A DNA stretch of 64,000 nt. Source: Histomonas meleagridis 2922-C6/04-290x. Lineage: Eukaryota > Protista > Parabasalia. How positions within the stretch are numbered: the first letter of the stretch is position 1; every line of letters begins with the position of its first letter. Positions 30,607 through 42,100 of the stretch are shown piece by piece. A program made the translations under genes and the position numbers. The notes below the pieces were generated by a model. It ran no database searches. It saw only the letters and a program-made list of their open reading frames with translations, and had not been told where the DNA came from. The DNA is taken from positions 496,001-560,000 of the forward strand of contig JAANOX010000280.1 in the NCBI GenBank assembly GCA_020184695.1, read 5' to 3'.

Positions 30607-32697
30607 CTAACCGTAGGATTTCATCTCTGAAGTGTTACTGTAAATTCTTTCTTGTTCAAGAAGTAATTTAATCACTTCTGTATGACCTTTTAATGATGCT
30701 TTCATAAGTGCTGCTTGAAATATTTTATATAATTTCCAAATATTATTTGGAAATATAAAATTATTAAAATAAATCCAAAATAAAATAATTAAATATCTTT
30801 AGCATTAATATCAATTCCTTTATAGTCAAGAAGTAATTTTACTGTATTAAAGTTTCCTAACATAGCTGCATAGATAAGTGGTGTCCAAAACAATTTACGT
30901 AAGTTCCAATTATTATTTTGTAATATCATATTAATAAAATAAACATTAAGCAAAGCATATTAATATTTTTAACATTAATATTAATTCCCTTTTGCTCAAG
31001 AAGTAACTTAACTATTTCTTCATTATTTTTTAGAGCAGCAAAAATAAGCGCTGTATTAAATATTTTTAATATATTCCAAATATTATATTAAAATATTAAA
31101 ATATAATAAAAATTTTGAAATAAATTAAAAAAAATACCTTTAATATTAATATCAATTCCCTTTTGCTCAAGAAGTAATTTTACAATTTCAATTTTCGCTG
31201 TTCCAGATGCAATCATAAGTGCTGTATCAAATAATTTGAATAATCATCGAATATTATTTTAAAATATCAAAATATTTAAATAAAAACCTAATAAAACATA
31301 TAAATATCTTTGGCATTAACATCAATTGCTTCTTGATCAAGTAACAATTTAACTATCTCTATATGACCTTTTGAAGTTGCCATTGTAAGTGAAGTTCTAA
31401 ATAAATTAAATCATTTCCAAATTATCAAGATAAATATCAAATTATTTAGAAAAATATAAAAAAATATAAATAAGTATCAAATTAATTGAAGAAATAGATA
31501 TATGATTGATATTAGTTTCTTTTAGACCTAAAATATATTTAACAAGTTCAATGCTTCCTGATTCAGCAGAAAATATTAAAATATCTTCAGAAGTTGCATT
31601 CAATCCTTGAAAATATTTCACAAGAATTATGTTACCAATTCGTGCTGCTGAATCAACTATATCATCATCAATTTTCATTCCTTCACCAAGTAAAAATGAT
31701 AAAATTTCATAATTATGGTATAAAACACAGTTAAGTCCTAATTCTTCTAAAACATCAATTTCAATAATTTTATTTTCATAAATATATCGGAAAATATCAT
31801 TTCTATGCAATTTAATTGCTATTTTATATGCATCTTCAAATGATGAATGATTTTGTTCACATACATGAATGATTTCTAAATTTCCACCAGCAATTGCATA
31901 GTAACCTGTGTTTTCTACATTTGCATTATTCATAAGTAAATATTTAAAACATTTTATAAAAGAAAAAAATGCTGCATAATCAATTAATGTAACATAATGA
32001 TTAATAAATGAACATATTTCATAAAGTGATGGTTCAATTGTTTGATTAAAATCAAAATTCGCATGTGATGATATTTCTTGAAGTTTTTCTATTTCATCAT
32101 TTCGAATTATTTTCGCAATTTCATTCGGATTATGTCCCTCATTAATTAATTTCTTATGAAGTTCCCAATCATTCTTTGAAAGTTCTTGGTAATTTTCAAT
32201 GATTATATTCATAAATGGACAAAATCGATTTTTTTCAATATTTTCTTTTGTCATATAATTTGCAAAAAATGAATCTTTTTTACTTTTAATTTTATCTTCA
32301 AATATATTTGAACATGTTTTATCATTTTTTCAAGAATAAAATTTGATTCTTCTGTTCTTTTATTATTAATAAATTGGAAAAATACATCACAAATTTTTGA
32401 CGTGATTTGATTATCTTCTTCAAATGATTCAATTTTTTTAATGAAATTTATATATAAATCAGTACAACTCATTGAGTTGTTATCGATAACAAGTTTTATA
32501 TATATTATTTGACTAATTAATATGTTAAATGAGTATGATATATTGAAATCAAATAAAGAAATTAAAGAATTTATTGACTGAGAAAAGTTTTCTTTGTTTA
32601 AATCAAAAATTATCTGTTTAAGTGAAAGTAGTATTTCCCATTCTTTTCCATTAATTTGACTTGTTTTCATGTTCTTTTTTTTTGTATTGCAAGTCAT
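30607..32697 (-). CDS. DUF3447-type ankyrin-repeat gene, interrupted by five spacers and one frame break
   Basis: GHNPNEIAKIIRNDEIEKLQ, TLIDYAAFFSFIKCFKYLL, YAIAGGNLEIIHVCEQ; then five stop-free ankyrin blocks ending at TAG 30609-30607; +A at the A6 run near 32325-32330 would join ORFs 32251-32766 and 31442-32254. Start (32697 or 32670) uncertain. Confidence 0.75.
30718..31495 (-). repeat. ~170-nt periodic array: 93-nt ankyrin blocks alternating with AT-rich spacers
   Basis: Spacers 31495-31399 (97 nt), 31305-31229 (77), 31135-31058 (78), 30964-30888 (77), 30794-30718 (77); coding blocks 31398-31306, 31228-31136, 31057-30965, 30887-30795 are each exactly 93 nt. Confidence 0.9.
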
Positions 32698-33125
32698 TAA
32701 AAGATCAGATAAGTAATTAAACTTTTTCAGACAAAAGTCTTTAAATGAAAAAAATAAAAAATTCAAAATAACATTAATAGTTCTGATGTATCTGGTCTAA
32801 TAATTTATCATATGACAAAGAAAACATTCATTTAAATAGAATAGAAATTTATTTTTCTCTATTTTCTACCCGACTTTTATGATGCTCTTTTAGCTTATTT
32901 CTTTTTTTATTATCCTGACAGTATTATTTGTTACAAAGTTTAAGAATTCAACATTTGGAACGACAACAAATTTACCATTCTTCTTAATTTTTGTCTGCGG
33001 TTATAGCTCAGAATTTAGCCGCAAAACTTTTTGAAATTTTTAAAATGTGGTTCTGAGTTGAACATCTTTTACAGAACTTTACATATATTATTGAATAGTA
33101 TATAAATAATTCCTTTCCTAAATAA

Positions 33126-36100
33126 ATGGAGGGCATCATACAACTTGCAACTGCTCGCGGGTCTGATGATCCTCAACCACAAATATTTAATTACAGAGGC
33201 GAATATACAGGGAGTCAACTTTTGACTTATGCAAGTTTTAATTTAAAATTACCAATCGATACAAATAATGTTATTAAGTTTATTGATCAAAAAGAAAAAA
33301 CAAAAACAGTAAACCCAGATGCAACAATTGAATCACAAGGAATTATATCAGGAATGACAATTTATATATTATCAAGAAATGACCTAAGTTCAATTCCTTC
33401 TCGACCAATTTTTACTCCAGAGGAAGTCACGCTTCAATCCAATACAGGTGGTGTATATGAAAGTGTTATTTTTGAAAGTAATAGACTTAAATCAACGTTT
33501 GATAATAATGCATTATTATCAGGAACTCTTCAAATTCCAGATCCGGAATTTGACACTGGTGTTTCTCGTTTTGAGTATCAAGAAGTTTCTGATGACTTCA
33601 ACTTATCTGAACCTACTGATTCAGAATCAGCATTTGGCGGTATTAAAGCTTCAGATCTTATTAACAACCTTGGGTATGAAGACACTACGTCAGGGAAGAA
33701 TAATCTTACAATCTTAACCTATAACGGGTTCAATGATACAAAAAATGCAGAATGTTTATATCAACGAAGTGATTCGTTTGATGAAGTTCTTCGAACAGCC
33801 CTTAGCTTCTTATCGATCCACAACCGTACCAAATATGCCATTTTACTCCGGTTTTCTGATACCGAATTTAAATGGTTTGAACCCGGACATTTTTTAGAAG
33901 AATATAATCCCTTTAATCGAATGTCCCTTAGTGTCTTTCCACGCGAGATAGCTTTACGTATTTTTTCTCAACATTTTTCACCCCGACCATTTATCATTGA
34001 TATTACTCGACCTGTTCGAGAACTTATTGAAACCATAGCCACACAAGCAGAACTGTCTACTACATATGGTTATTCATTAATTACACGTGAGAAAGGTCAT
34101 CGTAAGAAATTATTAAATCCAAATTCACCGATACCAATGCAAGTGAAACAATTTCATGAATTATATTTTGAAAAGCGTTATTTTGTTTTTTCTCAATTAG
34201 ATTTAAAGGATTATCATACATTAGTTCAAGCATTTATAGATGCAAAAAATTATTTTTTATATAAAATTACATATCCACATTCTGCAGATTATATTTCACT
34301 TATATCATTGTCAATGATTATTATCCCACCCAAATGTCCAAAAGAAGAATATATTAATCATATTCAAGAATATTTACCAGAACATATACGAAACACACCA
34401 AATATTGTTGAAGGTGTTAAAGAATATTTAGCAAATAATCAAACAATTACTAAATCAAATGCAATCAAAGAATATTTAAAAATCATTCGATTAATTCCTG
34501 GCTTTGGTTGTATTTATTATCATTGTAGATGTATGACTAAAATGAATTCTAAAAAACATACCAAAGATACAAATAATGAAAATAAATGTATTTTAATATT
34601 ATCGCCAATACGAATTTTAGTATTTGACGTTGAAACCAATAATGTAATTTTGGAAATGTTTTATACTAAAATTACTTCAATTACTAATGAGAGTCATAAA
34701 GTTATAATTAATTATCATAAAAAAGGCGGCGAATTTTCAAGTTATACATTTAAATTATCTAAAGATTATGAAGATTGCATTGTAGACATTTTAGAAATGC
34801 AAAATACAATTAAAAGTATTATTAAAGCTAAAGCTTTATTACGTGCTAAAGGTGATTCTAATTTAATTATTGATGAAGATGGAGTTAATTTGATTACTCC
34901 AAAAACTTTGGATGATTCAAATCCTAAAAATTATACGTATGATATTACTATGACTGGTGAAAATTTATTAAAATCAGTAATAAAAAATGTTGGAATTAAA
35001 GATGCAACAAACAATGAATATTGTTTATTACTTAAAATGGATGTTAATGATAATGATTCATATAGATGGATAAAAAATGATGAAATTTTAGCTGATTATC
35101 ATGTTGATGATGGAATGATATTATATCCATTACAAAAGAAACAAAAAATTCAAATAATTTTAACAGATGAAACTAAAAAAGTTACAATTTTCGACATAAC
35201 TAAAACAGTTAAAGATTTAATTAAAGAAACTTTTAAGTTATTTAAGATGAATGAACTATTTGGATATACATTTTTTTCATATGAAAAAGATAAAATTATA
35301 CCAATGGATTCAAACAAAACACTTCCTGAACAAACCAAAAATTTGACAAAACTTTTGTTTAAGAGAAGATTCTTCATATTAACAAGAGATAGTTTATTAA
35401 ACAAAGTAATTTTAGCTCAAACATTTTCGGATGTACATAATTATATCCTTAATGAAAATGCTGAAATGACAAAAGAACAAATGTTTGAATTAGCAATTTT
35501 ATCAATATATTCTAAAGCGCCAAAAGGTATGGATCAAAAAAAGATATTATCGAACATTGATTTCAAAAGTATATTTCCTAAAAAGCAAAAAGTTAATTCA
35601 TCATTACAATCATCATTTCAAAAATATGCTAATCAATATCCTATGACTAAACCGAAGGTAGCAATGAGGAAATATTTAAAAATTGCACGTGAATTACCAA
35701 AATTTGGATCAGAAACATATCATGTATTATATAAAGACATCACAAAAACGAAGAATAAGAAAAAAGCTAAGTTTAATGAAGGTAATTTTTTAATATGTCC
35801 ATTAAATATTATGCTTGTTGATAGTTCTAATAAAGAAGTATTCAACATAAAATATCAATCGATTATATCATATAAAGCACAATCATCTAAAATGACAATT
35901 ACATTTACTGAAGATAAAAATAAAACTTTAACTTATGGATTTAAATCAGATCAAACTACACAATTAATACAATTTATGAGTGAAACAATGCAAGCATTAA
36001 GAGATTTAATAATAGAACAACAAAATCGTGAAGCTAAAGAACGAAATATTATCATCCAAAGATTAAATGGTAAATGGGTAGATGATAATGGTAAATTACG

Positions 36101-39100
36101 TTCACCAATGATTGATATGCAATTAAGCACTGACTTAAAAGTTCGAAAAGGACTTAAAAAGTTTTGGTTTGAAACTCGTTTAACGAAACAAGAATTCTTG
36201 AAATTATTAATACCAGTAATTAAATTACCAGAAAATAAAAAATATTCCGTTTTATTCCAAAATGGTAATCGTTATCGATTTTTAAAAGATGATCAAAAAA
36301 TTATTTCATTGAAACCAATTCGTTTATCTTATGTATTTATATTAGAATCAGAACCAATAATTAAAATGACAAATGTTCGTTTAGGATTTGAACAAAAATC
36401 TTCATTAGTTTTACCTATAGAATATATTATTAAAGATTTAATACCTTTAATTGCACAAAGATTTCAAGTATCAAATTATTATGGTCATACATTATTCTAC
36501 AAAAATGAACAAAACGTTTTAATACCTTTACGTTATTCTCATACATTACCAGAACAAATTCAATCTTATGATGATGATAATTTAATATTTCAACGAAGAT
36601 TCTTTTATATAACAAAAGAAGATTTTATAGGTAATAATTTAAATGTTACTTATAGTGATATAGTTAAACATATTTCATTAGGAATCGTAGATATATCTTC
36701 GGAAATGTTATTAGAATTAATTGTTTGTATGTTAGCAGCAGATTTAAATCGTAAGTTAACTGTTTCTGATATACCTAAAGATTTACAAAAATATTTACCA
36801 AAAGGAACTTCTTCACGTTCTGTATCTAATAGTAAATTAAAACAATATATTCAAGATAGTAAAATCCAAAATAAAGTTCAAGCTGAAAATAGATATATAG
36901 CATTATCACGTACTTTATCTACTTTTGGTTGTGAATCTTATGATGGATATTTATTAAAGGACTTAAAAGGTAATCAAACTCATCAATCAATTCATATTTT
37001 GGTTGGACCTAAATTCATTTTTATTAAGGAAACTAATGGTAAAATATTATATCAAATTCCTTATGATCATTATTTAGGATTATTATCAATTAATAATTTA
37101 ATATCAATTCATTATGTACCTGAAAATTCAAAATATTCATCTTATGTAGATATAGAATGTAATCAAGCGAAAATTTTAATTGATTTTATAAAGACTTATA
37201 TAATAATTTTTGAAGAAGCTTTAATTAGAACTTCTAAAAACATTAAAAAAGATCTTAAACATTCATTTAATCAAAATCGAATAGAATTATCAGTAGAATA
37301 TCGATTTAATTCTGAATCAAAACCTTTAAAGGCTTCATTTAATAAATATGATTTAGGTAAAGATGTAGCAAAACAAACATCGAAATATTTTGATTGTTAT
37401 CCTGATAATAATTATTGTTGTTTATTAGAATATTCATTAGATTATAAACGTTGGTTACCTAATGATCAAATGCTTGGAATAATGCGACCTTATAATGGAA
37501 TGAAATTACATTTATTTGAGAAATATATTTTAGTTACTGTATCAACAAATAGTTCATTTAAACATAAAATTATAATTGACGTCACTAAAAAAGTTAAAGA
37601 TTTAATACCAGAATTAGCTAAATATTTTTATAAAGATGTATGGATTGGTTATTGTTTATATGCTAAAAATGAATCAAATCAATTAATACCTTTAGATATG
37701 CAATATAGTATTATAGAACAAGTTGAAAAATTCGATGATTTAATATTTAAGCGTCGATTTTATAATTTAACCAAACATGATTTAAATGGTCCTTATGTAG
37801 CATCAAATATTTATCCTGATTTCTTCCAACAAATTATGTTCGGTGGCTTACAATTAACAGATAAACAAGCATTAGATCATGCATATACTTCATTATATAC
37901 TTCTTCAATACCTGAAGAAGAAGTACAAAAACGTCCATTACCTAATGATATTTCATATCTATTTCCTAAAGATTTTAATATTAAACCAAATTTAGCTAAA
38001 CGTTTAGAACAAATGAAATCTAATAATCCTTTAGATACAAAAACAGCAATGGTTAAAAATATTATTAATGCACAACATGTTAATGAATTTGGATGTGAAT
38101 TATTCCCTGGTACTTTAGTTAATGAAAATAGTGATAATAAAAAGAAAAATACACAACAAATTTTGATATCTGTTGGATTTAAAGGTATTCAATTATTAGC
38201 ATTTCATACTAAAAAGGAATTAGCAAGTTTTGGTTATCAACAAATTCATAGGATTAAACATACAAGAAATAATTTGTTGATACAAATCCCTCATATTAAA
38301 GAAGGAGAATTAATTAATTTTAAGATATTATCAAATAAGTCTGAATCAATTTATTTGTTAATAGATTCATATATTAATATAATCTTACCATTAATTGAAG
38401 AAAGAGAAGAATTGCAAAATAAACAAATCGAAAGCTTACAAAAAACAGAAGAAAAAATTGGTAAAACTATAAATTTAGAAGTTTCTTGTCAAATAAATCA
38501 TCCAATACCTTTACATTATATCATAAATTTAGAAGATACAGGTAAAGATATCGTAGAAAAACTTGGAACATTTTTCTTAATAGCAAATCGTGCATTTTAT
38601 TCAACATTATTAAGTAAATCTACAAAAGAAATAATTTGGTTAAATGAAATAACTAAAATTAAATCATTAAATCCAGATATTACAGATAAGTTATATTTTA
38701 TCTCACAAGTCCCCGAAGTAAAAGTAATTGGACCATTTGAACAAATTCAAGAAAATACAATTGATTTAACGGAAACAGTAAGATCGAATGTAAAAGGATT
38801 AATACAAAGTTTCGGATTACGATTTTCAGATGGTATTACATTATATCCTTTATTAAGAGATCATTGTCCACCAATGATAATAAATAAGACATTATTAGAA
38901 CAAAATGTTAAATATGATCAATTAATAATGAAAAGAAGATTTTATATATTCCCTGAATATATATTTGATGATGATAATTCATTAGCATCAATTTATGAAG
39001 ATTGTAAATCAATGATATTAAATGGGCAAATTGAAGTCTCCGAAAATATAGCATTAGAATTAATAGTTTATTCAATGTATGCAGATTCCAATGGTTCTGT

Positions 39101-42100
39101 CTATTTTAGGAAATCGATATTTGATGATTTAACTCCTTATTTACCACCAAACATTACTAACAATATCAATTTAACAGAGAAATTTAAATCATTATGTAAA
39201 ACAATATTACCAATGAGTTGTAGAACTGCACAATCACGTTATATAGCAGCAATTGTACCTTATGCAGGTTATGGAGTTGAAATTCATAACTGTAAATATA
39301 CTGATCTTAATAAAGTTAATCAAAGAACTAATCGATCTACAAAATTATATTTAGGTCCATTTAATATTCAAGTTTCTGATACTATTTCAAGTAAAATTTA
39401 TGCATTTTTCGAATATAAAGATATAATTACTTATGTATCTAATTCGACAAGTGTTACATTTGAATATCATGATCCACGACATGAATTAAAGCGATTTACT
39501 TTAGTATTAGATTATCCTAATGAAATAATGTCTTATATTGAACAAATGTTTGAATATTTATCATGGTCCGATTATTTAACTACACCTGAAATGATTCAAG
39601 CGAAATTATTAAACCTAATTAAAAATGATAAAGATACAATTATGAAATATAATATCTTTGATGATTATATTGAATCTAATGAACAAAATGTTATATTTAA
39701 TGAATATGAAGGAATTGATTTTAAAGATGAAGATAATTGTATATATAATTCACCACAAATTAAAGATGATAACAATAATAATAATAACTTTGAATTTAAT
39801 CCAATTAATTCACCATTTGATCTTTATGGTTCTTCTGGTAAATTAAATGATAAAAATTATGTTTGGAGACTTGGTGAAGATGGTTTATTAATAGATAGAA
39901 GTTTACGTTATCTTGAACGATTAGAAAATGAATTAAATGATATCCAAAATCAATTTGATAATTTAACTATCGAAAGTTTTGCTGATAGACTTGGATTTAT
40001 ACAATATATTATTGATCAATTATCAGAAATGGATTTAAGTGATGAAGAAAAACAAAAAATCGAAAATCTTAAAAGATTACTTCAATTAATTACTGAGAAT
40101 TCAAGTATTTTCGATGATTATGAATCGAATATGTCAATGTATAAAGGAATTTTCGTTGATAAAATTGTTGCAATGATTAATGAAATTAATCCATTAAGAC
40201 AATTATTATTAAAAGATATTGATCGTCTAAAGAATAATACAAATCCTTTTGGTAAAGAAGATTATGTTGATGCTATAGTAAAGAATTTAATTGATACATC
40301 CGAAGGACTTGAAATGATGAGTCAAGCGTTATTAAATTCTTATAAAGATCTCAAAAATAATGACAAAGATCCATTTTATTATATGAATACATTAACTACA
40401 ATGTCCGAGAAGTTAACAGCTTTAGCTACAATATTTGCTGAAACTCAAAATGTTAAATTACTTAATACAAGTATTAAACATTGTTTAAATGAAACTAAAG
40501 AAATTATGAAAAGTATTTATGATGAATTAAAAGAACTTGGAATTATTAATAATGAATTTAATGAATATTATGATAAAATGTTACATTTTATTGTCGATGT
40601 TGAAAAATTATCTGCAAAAATATCAGAAGTTAATTCTAATTCTAATAAAATGATTTATAGAGGTGATTCGAATGCAATGATTGAATCAGTTTCAATATTA
40701 TTAAAGATCCAAGATATATTCGAACGAAATAAATCATATTTTCTTACTTCAAATGATTTATTAAATGTAAATATTAATTCAATAAATGAACAAATTAATA
40801 ATATCAAAGAAATTTATACAAAGAAATTTGATTCAATTATTAATAATCCTTTGTCATTTAACTTATATCAAGATGTATACTTTAAATTACAAAGATGTGA
40901 GAAATCTTTAACACAAACATATTCTTCTGTTAAAAATAATTTATCAAATGATTTAATGAAAGAATTTTCAGGTTTGTTACAATACTTAAATAATACAATT
41001 TCAGGAATTTCAATATTTAATTTAACGCCAAATAAATCTTCAGCAATAATTGAAGATTTATCATTATTATTTAAGCGTTATGATACATTAAAAGAACTTG
41101 ACACTAAATGTGCTAAAATGGAATATGCTTCAATCATTGAAATGATTACGAAACTTAAAGATATACATTTTAATGCACAACAATATCAAAGTACATTTGA
41201 AATTTATCCATATCGACCAGAATCTATTAAATCAATACAATTAATTCTATTAAAATTATTTGGATTATTACCTAAACTACAAAAAGTTATTCAAACATTA
41301 GATAATGTATCAAATGATTCAACGTTTTTAGTAATATTTGAAAAATTATCAATCGATTTAAATAATGCATTACGTGAAAAGATTCCTAATGAAGACATAA
41401 ATAAGTGTCAACATTTACAAATGTTTTTACAAGTACAATATGATACAATTCTTTTTGCTAATGTTAATTATAAAATTAGTATGAATAATTCAATTTCTAA
41501 TGATAAAGATTTAAAGGCTGGTTTAGATAGATTAGCGAAATCTTTAACTTTAAGTTATATCGATTTAATTGAAACACGTGAAGTTTTAAATGAAAGTCCT
41601 TTCATCGAGAAAAATATTAAAAAAGCAATTTCTTCATTAAATAAAATAGAATCAATAATAACAACAGCTGAAACTTATTCACGTTTAATTAATGATACTT
41701 CATTATCTATACAATATGAACGATCTTTACAAACTCTAACTAAAGATGAAAGAAATGCTATGTCTATATTACAAAAAACAGATTGTGTTTCATATAGAAC
41801 TACGCCGAAAGTTGATGTTATTAAAGAAGTTATTAAATATTTAACAGAATTAATAAATTATTTAACTAAATCATTAGAATTAGAAAACATTGATGATGAC
41901 TTTAAAGATGAAATTGAATATTATAAGAATCAAAATACTTTATTAAATAGTGAAATACTTAATAATCCAAGTTTATTATTTTATCAAATTGTTAAAGATA
42001 TTGCAGTACATGTGAAATCAATTCCAGTTAAATATTTATCACATATTAAATTAATTACTAATCAAACATTTATGAAATTCCTTAATCAATTCCATAAATA

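Noticed and set aside
30881-31307. U12-type AT-AC introns ending at the AC of the Thr codon
   Set aside because: That join shifts the frame, and neither the RTATCCTT donor nor the TCCTTAAC branch site is present.
30718-31495. Reading the ankyrin spacers as coding (W-N-x-x-K-I-F motif) or as a CRISPR-like array
   Set aside because: In-frame TGA/TAA codons and lengths mostly not divisible by 3 exclude simple coding; the repeats are diverged protein-coding blocks in a eukaryote with no cas genes.
32997-33011. GCGGTTATAGCTCAG resembles a tRNA 5' end
   Set aside because: No D-arm completion, anticodon arm or TTCGA T-loop follows; it is half of a short inverted repeat.
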